DNA of 64,000 nt from Chitinophagales bacterium (GCA_026129525.1 JAHCHW010000003.1:20764-84763); one strand, 5' to 3'. Numbered from the stretch's first letter, positions 28,521 to 39,529 are shown. A program made the numbers and translations. Notes: generated by a model from the letters alone, not told the origin.

Positions 28521-31500
28521 ATGCTTTGCCGTACCCTTAAGTTTTTAAGCTGCTTGCCCTATGTGCTTGTGTGTGTAACGGCAGCAGCGCAGGAAATTTG
28601 CAATAACGGGATAGATGATGATGGGGATGGTTTAATAGACTGTTACGATACCGATTGTTACCAAAATGCCGCTTGTGCCGATTTCTTTTACGGTAAGCCC
28701 CCTGTAAGTTGCCAAACAGTACCTACAGTTACCTCATTTGGCTTAAATACTATTTGGACATCGCCCATGTTAGCAAGCACACGTTCAACGGCAATGGTAG
28801 CAGATATAGATGGTGATGGTGTGCCGGAAGTTATCTGCCATAAAGATGCTGTTAATCAGCTCTATGTTTTAAATGGAGTAGATGGCTCCATAAAACTTAC
28901 CATTAGTTGTCCGCCTATAAACGATGTGGCTGATGCAATTGCAGTTGCCGACACTGATCTTGACGGCTTTGGTGAAATTTATGTGGTGTCGAACGATGCT
29001 ATGTTGCGCTGTTTTGAACATACCGGAGTTCCTAAAGCAGGATTTACGCCCGCAAATGCAGTAAATGTGGAACGGGCACCTGCACTCTATGATTTTAATG
29101 GAGATGGCATGCCTGAGGTTTTGGTGGGAAACCGAATTTTTCATTCGCAAACCGGAGCATTGATTGCTGCCGGAACCGGAAGTGCAGGAATAAACACCGG
29201 AATGAATGCCGCTCATCCTGTTGCAGCCGATGTGCTGCCCGATGCATTTTGCCCTGATTGTGCAGGACTGGAAATGATATGTGGCAATCATGTTTACAGC
29301 GTAAACATTGCAACAGGAACTGTTACTATTGTAGCTACAGCGCCTGCCGGTTTGGGCGATGGTTTTACCTCGGTTGCCGATATGAATATGGATGGATTAC
29401 CGGATGTTGTTGTAACCAACAATGCAAAACTTTATATATGGGATCCGCGTACAGGTAATCAAATAGGGGTAACAGTTACGTTTTCGGGCAGAGGCGGAAG
29501 ACCAAACATAGCCGACTTTGACGGTGACGGAAAACCCGAAATCGGGATTGGTGCGTTGCATCAGTATTGGGTGTTTGACGATGTTGCTGCCGGTATGAAT
29601 GTATTATGGTCGCGAACTATTTCTGATGCTTCGGCTGCTACCACAGGAACTTCATTCGATTTTGAATGCGATCAAGTGTATGAAGTAGTTTACCGCGATG
29701 AGGACTCTCTCTATATTTGGGATGGTGCCACCGGAGTTAACAAGGCGTCAATATGGTGTGGTTCGGCAACACGCACAGAGTACCCTACCATAGTTGATGT
29801 TGATGCTGATGGGCAAGTAAACATTGTTTGTATTTGTGCAACAGCTCATCAGGGCGGTGGGGGAGTGGTTACTGCGTTTAACAGCAACGTTAACCAATGG
29901 GTAAGTGCACGTAAAGTAATGAATCAGCACTCGTATTTTGCCACTAACATAAATGATAACCTCACTGTTCCCTCGAATCAACAGAATCATGCGCTCATTC
30001 CTAAGTTGAACAGTTTTTTGGCACAGGCTCCGGTGTACGATGTTAACTGGAATTCTACCTGTATTCCCAGCCCCGATTTAACGGTACAAATTGACAGTTT
30101 TAATTTTAATGGCTGTTACTCGCCCAACTCAACCAACATTTATTATCGAGTTTGTAATGGCGGAAGCAGTATCAATCCATCAACAATTTATCTTAGTTTT
30201 TATAATGGCAATCCCCACGCAGGGGGAACCTTGTTGGATGTAGATTCAATTACCGGCTATGTCTTTTCCGGTACTTGTGCAACAACATCCTCAACCATTC
30301 CGTTTGGTGGAGATTTTAACCTTTATGTGTATGTGAACGATAAAGCTACACAACCTGTACTTGCTCCGGTTATTTTATTTAAAGAATGCGATACGCTTAA
30401 CAATGCTGCCACCACGGTTGTATCTTGGGCAGAACCAATGCTTTCCATTTCGGATTTGGACAGTGGATATTGCCCTATAAGCATTACTGTTCCTATCGTT
30501 GTTTCTCCTGTTGGTGGGGTATTAAGCGGTGCAGGCATATCCGGAACGTCTTTTAATCCGCAAACTGCCGGAATAGGTAATCACACTATAGCCTACGCGT
30601 ATGGCGCGAACAATTGTGTGTACGATACTTCGGTTACTGTACAAGTGTACCCTTTGCCGGAGCCAAATTTTTTGGTTGACCCGGTGTGTTATGGCGAGGG
30701 ATCGGTATTTACAAATACATCAACAATTTCGTCAGGAAGCATAGCACAATACCAATGGAATTTCGGAGATGCTCAATCAAGTACTGCCCCGGCTCCTTCG
30801 CACAACTATTCTGCCCCGGGAACGTATTCGGTAACTCTTGTCGCTGTTTCCGATAAAGGATGTGTTGATTCAGTTACCGATAATGGAATCGTTCATCCTA
30901 AACCTATTGCCGGTTTTTCAGTTCCGGCTGTATGTTTTGGCGGAACTTCCGTATTTACTGATAGTTCAACTGTAAGTGCGGGTAGCGTTGTTTTATACAA
31001 CTGGAATTTCAGTGATGGCAACACCGCTTCATCATCATCTCCAACCAATACTTATCTTAGTTATGGTAATTATGATGTGCACTTGATTGTTGAAACCGAT
31101 AATGGCTGTTTGGATACCGTAATGCAAACGGCAACTGTTTATCCGCTGCCTGTTGTTGACTTTACTACAGGAGCTGTTTGTTTAAATCAACAGAATGTAT
31201 TTACAAATCTGAGTAGTATTTCTTCGGGTGGTATTGCGCAGTGGTTTTGGGATTTTGGCGATGCACAAACTTCCGGTCTGCAGCACCCTGTTCACCAATT
31301 CAATGCTCAGGGTGTTTATACGGTTTCATTGGTAGCGGTATCCATCAACCAGTGTAGCGATTCAATTTCGAAACAAGTAACTGTATTCGATAAGCCGGTA
31401 GCTGCATTCAATATAAATGAAGTTTGCGAAGGTGGAGTTTCGGTGTTTACCGATAACTCAGCAATTACTTCCGGAAATATTGTTGCATGGAATTATTTGT

Positions 31501-32630
31501 TTGGTGATGGCAATGCGACTCAACAACAAAGCCCTTCGTATACCTATTCCTCATATGGAAGTTATCCAGCCGTGTTGGTAGTGGTTAGCGACAACGGATG
31601 TTCCGATACGGTTCAACATGCTGCTGTGGTTCATCCCCTCCCGATAGTGAGTTTTTCAGCGCCATCGGTTTGTTTGAGCAATGCTACTGCGTTTGTAAAT
31701 ACAACCTCCATTGCCACCGGAACTGTTTCTGTTTGGCATTGGGATTTCGGCAACGGTGATGCATCATCTGCTCAACAGCCTGTGCATAATTATACATCGG
31801 CAGGAACTTATACCGTTCGCTTGTTTGCAACATCCGACAGAGGGTGCAGCGATTCTTTATTTGCAACACTGCAGATATTTCAACTTCCTACAGTAACTGC
31901 AACTTCTACTCCCGCATGTTACAACGAGGCCGATGGAACAGTTTTAGCAACTGCACAAAGCGGAACACCTCCGTACAATTTTTTGTGGAGTACCGGAAAT
32001 CAAACCTCACAAGTACAGCAGTTGTTTGCAGGTGTTTACTCGGTAACTGTAACCGATGCAAATAACTGCACGGCATCTGCAACCGAAACCTTAACACAAC
32101 CTTCCGGTCCGTTAACTGTAAATGTTACACCTGCTTTTCCTGAAATCAATTTGGGCGATATGCTCACCATTACCTTGCAGAACAGTTATAATCAAACGAA
32201 TACGGTTTATTCTATAAGTCCTGTTACCGGTTTAGGTTGCAGCACCTGCGCGCAGTTTGAAGCTTACCCGTATCAAACCACAAATTATGTTGTGTTTGTA
32301 ACTGATGAGAACGGCTGCACAGGCGAAGGGGAGTTTACCATTTTGGTAGATGAAAGTGTGCCGGTTTTTATTCCGAATGCATTTTCACCGAATGGTGACG
32401 GGCAAAACGATGTATGGGGTATATATTCGCGAGCCATAAAGTATGTACGCATAAGTGTGTATAACCGTTGGGGCGAAAAAGTTTTCGAAACTGAAAACAT
32501 GAACAGTATGTGGGATGGTACTTACATGGGCGAAAAAGTAAACCCGGGCGTGTATGTTTACGAAGGAGAACTTATTTTTCTAAACAATAGAAGGCAACAA
32601 GTAAAAGGCTCGGTAACGGTTATTCGTTAG
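28521..32630 (+). CDS. Giant secreted adhesin-like protein: FG-GAP/VCBS region, five PKD repeats, SprB-like repeat, T9SS type-B (CHU_C) C-terminal domain
   Basis: 1369 aa. Has a signal peptide, an N-terminal CNNGIDDDGDGLIDCYDTDC motif, DxDGDG FG-GAP-like loops, WNFGDG PKD signatures and a C-terminal FIPNAFSPNGDGQNDVW motif. Confidence 0.85.
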   Translation: MLCRTLKFLSCLPYVLVCVTAAAQEICNNGIDDDGDGLIDCYDTDCYQNAACADFFYGKPPVSCQTVPTVTSFGLNTIWTSPMLASTRSTAMVADIDGDGVPEVICHKDAVNQLYVLNGVDGSIKLTISCPPINDVADAIAVADTDLDGFGEIYVVSNDAMLRCFEHTGVPKAGFTPANAVNVERAPALYDFNGDGMPEVLVGNRIFHSQTGALIAAGTGSAGINTGMNAAHPVAADVLPDAFCPDCAGLEMICGNHVYSVNIATGTVTIVATAPAGLGDGFTSVADMNMDGLPDVVVTNNAKLYIWDPRTGNQIGVTVTFSGRGGRPNIADFDGDGKPEIGIGALHQYWVFDDVAAGMNVLWSRTISDASAATTGTSFDFECDQVYEVVYRDEDSLYIWDGATGVNKASIWCGSATRTEYPTIVDVDADGQVNIVCICATAHQGGGGVVTAFNSNVNQWVSARKVMNQHSYFATNINDNLTVPSNQQNHALIPKLNSFLAQAPVYDVNWNSTCIPSPDLTVQIDSFNFNGCYSPNSTNIYYRVCNGGSSINPSTIYLSFYNGNPHAGGTLLDVDSITGYVFSGTCATTSSTIPFGGDFNLYVYVNDKATQPVLAPVILFKECDTLNNAATTVVSWAEPMLSISDLDSGYCPISITVPIVVSPVGGVLSGAGISGTSFNPQTAGIGNHTIAYAYGANNCVYDTSVTVQVYPLPEPNFLVDPVCYGEGSVFTNTSTISSGSIAQYQWNFGDAQSSTAPAPSHNYSAPGTYSVTLVAVSDKGCVDSVTDNGIVHPKPIAGFSVPAVCFGGTSVFTDSSTVSAGSVVLYNWNFSDGNTASSSSPTNTYLSYGNYDVHLIVETDNGCLDTVMQTATVYPLPVVDFTTGAVCLNQQNVFTNLSSISSGGIAQWFWDFGDAQTSGLQHPVHQFNAQGVYTVSLVAVSINQCSDSISKQVTVFDKPVAAFNINEVCEGGVSVFTDNSAITSGNIVAWNYLFGDGNATQQQSPSYTYSSYGSYPAVLVVVSDNGCSDTVQHAAVVHPLPIVSFSAPSVCLSNATAFVNTTSIATGTVSVWHWDFGNGDASSAQQPVHNYTSAGTYTVRLFATSDRGCSDSLFATLQIFQLPTVTATSTPACYNEADGTVLATAQSGTPPYNFLWSTGNQTSQVQQLFAGVYSVTVTDANNCTASATETLTQPSGPLTVNVTPAFPEINLGDMLTITLQNSYNQTNTVYSISPVTGLGCSTCAQFEAYPYQTTNYVVFVTDENGCTGEGEFTILVDESVPVFIPNAFSPNGDGQNDVWGIYSRAIKYVRISVYNRWGEKVFETENMNSMWDGTYMGEKVNPGVYVYEGELIFLNNRRQQVKGSVTVIR
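30638..31880 (+). repeat. Five tandem PKD-domain coding repeats (~83 codons each)
   Basis: Each unit starts V(Y/H)P(L/K)P and contains VFT(N/D), W(N/D)FGD and a C(V/L/S)D(S/T) ending. This is protein-level periodicity inside the adhesin gene. Confidence 0.7.
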
Positions 32631-32654
32631 TAGATGTTCAAGGTACCGAAGCCA

Positions 32655-33446
32655 TCACACTTCTTTGCCGCAATGCGGACAATAGCGGTTGCTGTGATGT
32701 TTTTTGTGCATTTTATCGGAAAACCCCGAAGCCAGTAATGCTGTTGGTATGGCAAACAAGCCAACGCCCGTCATGGCAGTTAAAGCTCCAAATACTTTTC
32801 CGAGTGGTGTAATAGGATAAACATCGCCATAACCTACTGTTGTAAGCGTAACTACTGCCCACCACATGGTAGCCGGTACACTGGTAAATTTATCCGGTTG
32901 TGCAGCATGCTCAATGTTATACATTATAAAACTGCTTACCACCAGCATAAAAAGCATTATTGTAAAACTTATAAGCAATTCTTCGGCACGTTCAACTATT
33001 ACATCAGTAATAAGTTTCATGGCGCGCACGTAGCGGGTAATTTTTAATATCCGCAGCAAGCGGAATAATCTTACCGAACGTATAAACAGCAAATCAAAGT
33101 GTAAGAAAGGCAAGAGAAACGGCAGAAATGCCATCAAATCAATTAGGGCGATAGGTGTAATGGAGTACCGCAAACGACCCCATAACGGATGGGCGTAGTC
33201 AGGATTTACGGTAATAGTCCATAAACGGAGTATGTATTCAACCATAAAAATGCAAACAGATATTACTTCAAAGCGCCAAAAGAATAGGTGGTAATCGGTT
33301 TCCAATTCGGGGAGAGTTTCGAGTACCAGAAAAAAAATGTTTAAAAGAATAAGACCGGTAAGCGATAAATCAACCCACTTTTCTTTTAAACCACTGTTAG
33401 GGTGGGGTTGCAACAGATAATATAGCCTTGATTTGAAATTTTTCAT
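32655..33446 (-). CDS. Voltage-gated-type K+ channel (ion transport protein)
   Basis: 263 aa with an S4-like RSVRLFRLLRILKITR segment and the TTVGYGD selectivity filter. Confidence 0.85.
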   Translation of the reverse strand: MKNFKSRLYYLLQPHPNSGLKEKWVDLSLTGLILLNIFFLVLETLPELETDYHLFFWRFEVISVCIFMVEYILRLWTITVNPDYAHPLWGRLRYSITPIALIDLMAFLPFLLPFLHFDLLFIRSVRLFRLLRILKITRYVRAMKLITDVIVERAEELLISFTIMLFMLVVSSFIMYNIEHAAQPDKFTSVPATMWWAVVTLTTVGYGDVYPITPLGKVFGALTAMTGVGLFAIPTALLASGFSDKMHKKHHSNRYCPHCGKEV

Positions 33447-33626
33447 GCAAGTAATTTGGTGTTAACGGATCCATGCAGACTTGACAAACGTAATAATTGC
33501 CTAATGTAAATGGAAATAATGTTAATTGGAGTTATTGAAGCAATCCGTTTGTAATTCCCATTCGGGGGACCTAAAAAATGAAATGTAACAGCAGATGATA
33601 GCCAGAACAAAGTGTAATACGAATAA

Positions 33627-33660
33627 ACAAAAACAGCAGAGTGTTTACCTCTGCTGTTTT
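33627..33660 (-). terminator. Rho-independent terminator after tRNA-Arg
   Basis: On the minus strand, AACAGCAGAGG-taaacac-TCTGCTGTT is followed by a T run, immediately 3' of the tRNA. Confidence 0.7.
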
Positions 33661-33661
33661 G

Positions 33662-33735
33662 TGCACCCGAAGGGAGTCGAACCCCTAACCTTCTGATCCG
33701 TAGTCAGATGCTCTATCCAGTTAAGCTACGGGTGC
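33662..33735 (-). tRNA. tRNA-Arg (anticodon ACG)
   Basis: 74-nt cloverleaf folded by hand. Acceptor GCACCCG/CGGGTGC, anticodon stem TCTGA/TCAGA with loop CTACGGA, T-loop TTCGACT, discriminator A. No encoded CCA. Confidence 0.95.
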
Positions 33736-33786
33736 TCCTAAAAAGGAGGTGCGAATATAAAAAGTTCGGCAAATAATTCAGACGGT

Positions 33787-34758
33787 TTACTTTTTCGTGT
33801 CGCCCGGACCTTTCACAATGTTCTCGCGCATACTGGTATCCGCCTGTATGTTCTGCATTTTGTAGTAGTCCATTACACCCAAGTTACCGCTGCGGAACGC
33901 TTCGGCCATTGCCATTGGTATTTGCACTTCGGCTTCAATAACTTTTGCGCGGGCTTCCTGTGCCTTAGCTTTCATTTCCTGCTCTAACGCAATTGCCATG
34001 GCTCTGCGCTCTTCGGCTTTTGCCTGTGCAATGTTCTTATCGGCATTTGCTTGATCCATTTGCAGGGCGGCACCAATGTTTCTTCCTATGTCAATATCGG
34101 CAATATCAATCGAAAGAATTTCAAAAGCTGTTCCGGCATCCAATCCTTTTGCTAATACCACTTTCGAAATAGAATCGGGATTTTCCATAACCGCTTTGTG
34201 GCTGCTGGCAGAACCAATTGAAGTTACAATTCCTTCGCCCACACGCGCCAATACGGTTTCTTCACCGGCACCACCCACCAACTGCTTAATATTGGCGCGC
34301 ACGGTTACGCGGGCTTTTGTAATTAACTGAATACCATCTTTAGCCACAGCGGTTACAGGTGGCGACTCAATTACACGGGGCTGCACACTCATTTGCACGG
34401 CTTCAAAAACATTTCTTCCGGCAAGGTCAATGGCAGTGGCGGCTTTAAAATCCAAATCAATATTGGCTTTGTCGGCACTAATAAGTGCACGTACCACGCG
34501 GTCAACATTACCGCCTGCCAAATAGTGCGCTTCCAGCATATCTCTTTCCAAAGGAATACCTGACTTATGCGCCATTACCATGGCATTTACAATGGTGGAA
34601 GGAGGCACTCTTCTGAAGCGCATAAACAACAACTGCAACAAGCTGATGTTAACGTTGGCAAACTTAGCCGACAGCCAAAGCGGAATAGGCAGCAACCAAA
34701 ACAGAATCAGAATGACGAATACAATTATCCCCGCAAGGAAAAAAACAGGTAATTCCAT
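33787..34758 (-). CDS. floA: Flotillin-like protein FloA (SPFH domain)
   Basis: 323 aa with an N-terminal membrane hairpin, an SPFH core and an Ala/Glu-rich coiled coil ([12 protein letters not shown]...). Paired with NfeD. Confidence 0.85.
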   Translation of the reverse strand: MELPVFFLAGIIVFVILILFWLLPIPLWLSAKFANVNISLLQLLFMRFRRVPPSTIVNAMVMAHKSGIPLERDMLEAHYLAGGNVDRVVRALISADKANIDLDFKAATAIDLAGRNVFEAVQMSVQPRVIESPPVTAVAKDGIQLITKARVTVRANIKQLVGGAGEETVLARVGEGIVTSIGSASSHKAVMENPDSISKVVLAKGLDAGTAFEILSIDIADIDIGRNIGAALQMDQANADKNIAQAKAEERRAMAIALEQEMKAKAQEARAKVIEAEVQIPMAMAEAFRSGNLGVMDYYKMQNIQADTSMRENIVKGPGDTKK

Positions 34759-34761
34759 GTT

Positions 34762-35232
34762 TTATGATTTAAGTGGTTTTACAAAAATTTTATCGTTGGT
34801 TACTTTGGTGATTTCAACCTGTGTGTTGCGTGCAATATACTCGCCATTGCTGAAAACTTCCGCTTTTATTCCCTCGAAAATAGCTTTACCGTTAGGGCGG
34901 AGTTCGGTGATTGCAGTTCCGATGTTTCCTACTTCTAATCCCTTTATTTCTAACTCATTTACTTTGCCTGTAATTTCGGCTTTCATGGAAAGTTTGTTCG
35001 ACTCTATTACCCGAAAGCCTAAGCCAATGGAGATAAACACCGCTACTAACGAAAGTCCTAAAGTTATATGTCCGTACTTAGTTCCGTAATAAGAATACAT
35101 CAGTACAATTCCTATGAGCAAAGCCAAGCCTCCCAATACCCCAAAAAGAGTGGTGCCGGGAATAAAAAATATCTCCAGAAAAATGAGCAACAGACCAAGA
35201 AGAATAATTGCTACTATAAAGCCGAATGCCAT
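34762..35232 (-). CDS. NfeD-family membrane protein
   Basis: 156 aa with three N-terminal TM helices and a C-terminal OB-like domain. Sits immediately upstream of floA. Confidence 0.75.
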   Translation of the reverse strand: MAFGFIVAIILLGLLLIFLEIFFIPGTTLFGVLGGLALLIGIVLMYSYYGTKYGHITLGLSLVAVFISIGLGFRVIESNKLSMKAEITGKVNELEIKGLEVGNIGTAITELRPNGKAIFEGIKAEVFSNGEYIARNTQVEITKVTNDKIFVKPLKS

Positions 35233-35271
35233 GTTGCTAATATATGAGATAAACCGAAACCTGTAGTAAAC

Positions 35272-35676
35272 TTAATCGTCCTCTTCGGTTTCACCTCCTT
35301 CTATTTTAATAAAGTAAAGTATTGATGAGTTTTTATCGCTGATGGCTGAAAGATGCAGGTGTGCCGAGTCGAGCAACAGAACATTGTATGCAGTTTCGGG
35401 CTTTTCTTTAACGTCCACCGATTTCATGGTAAGTTTTCCTTCCTTAAGTGAATATTTGCCTTTCTCTTTAGCGCCTGCCACCATTACAAGGTAGCCGCCT
35501 TTGTCGTTAAATTCCCAAAGCCATTTGCCTAACGATGAGCCGTTGAGCGTGGTGCCGTTTATTTCCATATTATCTAACTGCCAAATACCTGTAAGTTGTT
35601 CTTGTTGTTTGTTTCTGCATTGCTGTAAGGCTAAGGCGAAAACAATAAGCAAAGTTGTTGCGAGTAGTTTTTTCAT
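35272..35676 (-). CDS. Lipocalin-like lipoprotein
   Basis: 134 aa with signal peptide plus Cys and a GIWQL...GKYSLKEGKL pattern. Paralogous in style to the next gene. Confidence 0.55.
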   Translation of the reverse strand: MKKLLATTLLIVFALALQQCRNKQQEQLTGIWQLDNMEINGTTLNGSSLGKWLWEFNDKGGYLVMVAGAKEKGKYSLKEGKLTMKSVDVKEKPETAYNVLLLDSAHLHLSAISDKNSSILYFIKIEGGETEEDD

Positions 35677-35678
35677 AA

Positions 35679-36095
35679 TTAATTGACGGGTATCATCACA
35701 AATATCACTTTCTCTCCAGCTTCTTCAGCTTCAAACTCAAACTTATCTGCCGTTAGTTCTTTTATATGGAATGTTTTAACGGTGCCATCGTGGGCGGTGG
35801 AGGTAATAGAAGTGGAGTTCCAGTTTAGTTTCCATTTGCCTTCCAGCTTTTGGTCTTTCAGCTTGGTGTAATAGGTGCCGTTGGGGTTGTAAGTAATAGT
35901 AAATGATTGGCGCATTTCGTTCACCCAGTTGGTAATAGTGGGCTGCATGTTTTCGGGGACTTCTTGCGTGTATTTAAGGTCGTTAATTTTCCATGTTCTG
36001 GTAAGCAGGCTTGCTTTGTTTTGCCCACACGATGCTAGCAATAAAAGGTAAGCAACAGAGAGAAAGAAGGAAACTCGTTGTTTGGGTAAATACAT
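35679..36095 (-). CDS. Lipocalin-like lipoprotein
   Basis: 138 aa with lipobox LLASC and TRTWKINDL...EGKWKLNWN strands. Confidence 0.55.
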   Translation of the reverse strand: MYLPKQRVSFFLSVAYLLLLASCGQNKASLLTRTWKINDLKYTQEVPENMQPTITNWVNEMRQSFTITYNPNGTYYTKLKDQKLEGKWKLNWNSTSITSTAHDGTVKTFHIKELTADKFEFEAEEAGEKVIFVMIPVN

Positions 36096-36147
36096 TTCTG
36101 AAATTTGAGGCTAAAATAGTTTCGCAGCCTTCAATTACAAACTGCTC

Positions 36148-36618
36148 ATGAAGATTACACTCATAGTAACCGGCAAAACCGTTTCCCCCGAAGTAAAATC
36201 CATTTGCAGCGACTATGCTTCGCGCATTTCGCGCTATGCAAAGTTTGAAGAGTTGGTGATAGACAACGGTGCGGTTAAACTAACCGTTGCTGCAAAAATT
36301 AAACAGCGAGAAGGCGAGCTGCTGTTAAAGAAAGTAAGCAATACCGATTATGTAGTGCTGTTAGACGAGAATGGAAAGGAATATACCTCCGTTGAATTCG
36401 CAAAATGGATGGAAGGTATTTTTACTAAAGGGTTGAAGAATATTTGTTTTGTGGTAGGCGGGGCGTATGGTTTTAGCGATGAGGTTTACAAGCGCGCTAA
36501 CGCCAAAGTTTCGCTTTCGCGTATGACCTGTAACCACCAGTTAATACGCGCTGTTTTTTGCGAGCAGCTATACCGTACTTTTACCATTTTGAATAAAGAG
36601 CCGTATCATCATCAGTAG
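36148..36618 (+). CDS. rlmH: 23S rRNA (pseudouridine1915-N3)-methyltransferase
   Basis: 156 aa SPOUT protein with FVVGGAYGF and LSLSRMTCNHQL motifs typical of RlmH. Confidence 0.9.
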   Translation: MKITLIVTGKTVSPEVKSICSDYASRISRYAKFEELVIDNGAVKLTVAAKIKQREGELLLKKVSNTDYVVLLDENGKEYTSVEFAKWMEGIFTKGLKNICFVVGGAYGFSDEVYKRANAKVSLSRMTCNHQLIRAVFCEQLYRTFTILNKEPYHHQ

Positions 36619-36723
36619 CGTAGCAAATGGAAACTTATTGCGTTTTGTCTTTTGCACCTGAAAAGTGATTAAAATAGGTTAATCGGTAAATGGGTTAATT
36701 GTAGCCTTCTATCTTTGCCGCTC

Positions 36724-38298
36724 ATGAACAGCAGGTTGGTAAACATTATTATAGCGGCTATTTCTCTGGCTCTTGCCGGCTTGGTGTTTATTCAGGTAAA
36801 GTGGATTCGCCAAAGTTATGCTGTTCGCGAGGAAAAATTCGATCAGGCAGTATATCTCGCACTCAGCAACGTTACGCACACTATTGAACGAAGTGAAGCG
36901 GTCAACTACTTTGAGGTTTCCGGTTTAAATGATTTTGGCAGAAGCATTAGCAAGATGTACGATACCGTGCAAACCATCCGAACGTACACACCCCGCTTCT
37001 CGTTAATTGATTCCATCGGGCAGCATGCCATGAAGTTTGGTTTTAGCGACACTAGCGGTGGCTTTGTATCGAAGTTTGTAGGCAGCATTACTTATTTACA
37101 GGAACACGCTTCCAAACTGCACGAGGTAAGCAAAGACAAAGATGTTTACAATAACGATGTAGATCGCGAACGCCACATCATCGAAATGCAGTTTACTAAA
37201 TACAACCGCATGTTTCAGGACTTAGCCATGCAGTTTATGCTTGATGATAAATGCCTCCGCGACCGGGTTGATTCTTCCAAACTTCAGAGTTTAATGAAGG
37301 AGGAATTTCAGAAAGAAGGGATTGATATTCCGTTTCAGTTTGCGGTGTTCGATAACTGGTCACCAGGAATGCTTACCGGCAACATGACAGTTACCCGCGA
37401 AGAAGCACAGGCACTTAACTTTTACTCCATTCCGCTTTTTCCGAACGATTTGTACGAAAACTCTGGTATTCTTATTGTCAACTTTCCCGAAAAGAAGAAT
37501 TACATCTTTCAAAGCATGTGGCTCATGTTATCGGCTACGGTTACGTTCATCTTTATTATTCTGGCATCGTTTGGCGGCTCGTTCTACATCATCTATCGGC
37601 AAAAGAAACTCGACCTGCTCAAAACCGATTTTATCAACAACATGACGCACGAATTTAAAACTCCTGTTGCTACCATTTCGCTTGCCAGCCAAATGCTCAA
37701 GAATGAAAAAGTCCTTTCTAACCGCGAAAAAATTCTCAACTACTCCAACATTATTGACGAAGAAAACAAGCGCCTGAGCGGGCACATTGAGAACGTTTTG
37801 CAGGTTGCCCGCTTAGATAAAGGAGAGTTTAAGTTAAAAACCGAAGTGCTGAACGTAAACGATTTGCTGAACGATATTTGTGAATCGCTCGAACTTCGAA
37901 TCCAGAACGAAAACGGAGAGTTAAAGCGACAACTAAATGCAGAAAAAGCAGAAATAAAAGGTGATGTATTTCATCTTACCAATGCGTTGTTTAATGTACT
38001 TGACAATGCCATTAAGTATAAAGGCGAAAGTCAGTTACATATCACTGTAACCACGCAAAGTAATGCCAAAGGTATTACCATTACCATACAGGACAATGGT
38101 ATAGGTATTTCAAAAGAAAATCAGAAAAAGATTTTTGAGAAGTTCTATCGTGTGCCAACCGGCAATATTCACAATGTAAAAGGGTTTGGCTTAGGCTTAA
38201 GCTATGTAAAAGTTATTGTTGATGCACACAGTGGAACAATAAGCGTTGAAAGCGAGCAAGGCAAGGGAAGTAAGTTCGTGATTTTTCTACCTTACTGA
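36724..38298 (+). CDS. Sensor histidine kinase
   Basis: Start set at ATG 36724. Two TM segments, an H-box FINNMTHEFKTP, an N-box LDNAIKY, and G-boxes DNGIGI and GFGLGLS. Confidence 0.85.
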   Translation: MNSRLVNIIIAAISLALAGLVFIQVKWIRQSYAVREEKFDQAVYLALSNVTHTIERSEAVNYFEVSGLNDFGRSISKMYDTVQTIRTYTPRFSLIDSIGQHAMKFGFSDTSGGFVSKFVGSITYLQEHASKLHEVSKDKDVYNNDVDRERHIIEMQFTKYNRMFQDLAMQFMLDDKCLRDRVDSSKLQSLMKEEFQKEGIDIPFQFAVFDNWSPGMLTGNMTVTREEAQALNFYSIPLFPNDLYENSGILIVNFPEKKNYIFQSMWLMLSATVTFIFIILASFGGSFYIIYRQKKLDLLKTDFINNMTHEFKTPVATISLASQMLKNEKVLSNREKILNYSNIIDEENKRLSGHIENVLQVARLDKGEFKLKTEVLNVNDLLNDICESLELRIQNENGELKRQLNAEKAEIKGDVFHLTNALFNVLDNAIKYKGESQLHITVTTQSNAKGITITIQDNGIGISKENQKKIFEKFYRVPTGNIHNVKGFGLGLSYVKVIVDAHSGTISVESEQGKGSKFVIFLPY

Positions 38299-38314
38299 AA
38301 GCCGTTGAATAAGA

Positions 38315-39529
38315 CTAACCTGCCAACACTCCTTCATTTATTTCCGCATATTTTTTCAGCCCTGCTTCCAAGCATTTTATGGCATCGGTTAAATCGGTAG
38401 TGTTTAACACATACGCAATGCGCACCTGATTTTTTCCGGCACCTTCCGAAGAGTAAAAACCCGATGCCGGAGCCATCATTACCGTAGTGCCATTGTGCTC
38501 AAATCCTTCCAGCATCCATTGGCAAAAGGCATCGCTGTCCTTTACGGGCAACGAAGCAACTGCATAAAACGCTCCACCCGGGTTAGGGCAATACACGCCC
38601 GGTATCTTGTTCAGCAAACTCACCATTACATCTCTGCGATTGCGGTATTCGGCAACTATGCCGTTGTAATAATCTTTCCCTAAATCAAACAATCCTTCTC
38701 CTGCAATTTGCCCCAGCGATGGGGGGCTTAGCCGTGCTTGCCCGAATTTAAGTGCAGCATCCAACACTTGGGTGTTGCGCGTAACCAAAGCACCTATACG
38801 TGCACCACATGCCGAAAACCGTTTTGAAATGGAATCGAACACCACTATGTGCTGCTCCATACCTTCTAAGTTTAGCGCACTAAAAAACGGCTCATCGCCA
38901 TATAAAAACTCGCGGTACACTTCATCAACAAACAGGAACAAATCGTGCTTCAGACAAATGTCGCGAAGGGTAAGCAATTCTTCTTTACTGTATAAATAGC
39001 CTGTAGGGTTGTTCGGATTGCAAATGAGAATGGCTTTTGTTTTTGCCGTAATCACTTTTTCAAAATCTTCGATAGGCGGAAGTGCAAAACCTGTTTCAAT
39101 AGAAGTGGAAATGGGCTTTACTTTAATATCGCCTGCCATGGCAAACCCTATGTAGTTTGCATACATGGGTTCGGGAATAATTATCTCATCGCCATCATCC
39201 AAACAACTGTACATGCCAAACGAAAGAGCTTCACTGGCACCTTCGGTAATCATAAAATGCGAGGCATTCACATTAATGCCAATAGAGTTGTAATACCCCG
39301 CAAACTTCTCGCGGTACGAAGCAAAACCGTTACTGGGGCAATACTCCAGCACTTTCATATCTAAATGCTTCAACTTATCCCAAAACTGTGAAGGTGTTTC
39401 CATATCGGGTTGACCAATATTGAGGTGAAACACTTTCAAACCCTTCTTTTTTGCAGCATCGGCATACGGAACTAACTTACGAATGGGGGAAGAGGGCATT
39501 TCCTTTCCCTTCATGGAAACCTTAGGCAT
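38315..39529 (-). CDS. PLP-dependent aminotransferase, class I/II
   Basis: Start set at ATG 39529. Has PSSPIRKL, NPNNPTG and SISKRFSACGARIG (PLP-lysine) motifs. Confidence 0.85.
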   Translation of the reverse strand: MPKVSMKGKEMPSSPIRKLVPYADAAKKKGLKVFHLNIGQPDMETPSQFWDKLKHLDMKVLEYCPSNGFASYREKFAGYYNSIGINVNASHFMITEGASEALSFGMYSCLDDGDEIIIPEPMYANYIGFAMAGDIKVKPISTSIETGFALPPIEDFEKVITAKTKAILICNPNNPTGYLYSKEELLTLRDICLKHDLFLFVDEVYREFLYGDEPFFSALNLEGMEQHIVVFDSISKRFSACGARIGALVTRNTQVLDAALKFGQARLSPPSLGQIAGEGLFDLGKDYYNGIVAEYRNRRDVMVSLLNKIPGVYCPNPGGAFYAVASLPVKDSDAFCQWMLEGFEHNGTTVMMAPASGFYSSEGAGKNQVRIAYVLNTTDLTDAIKCLEAGLKKYAEINEGVLAG

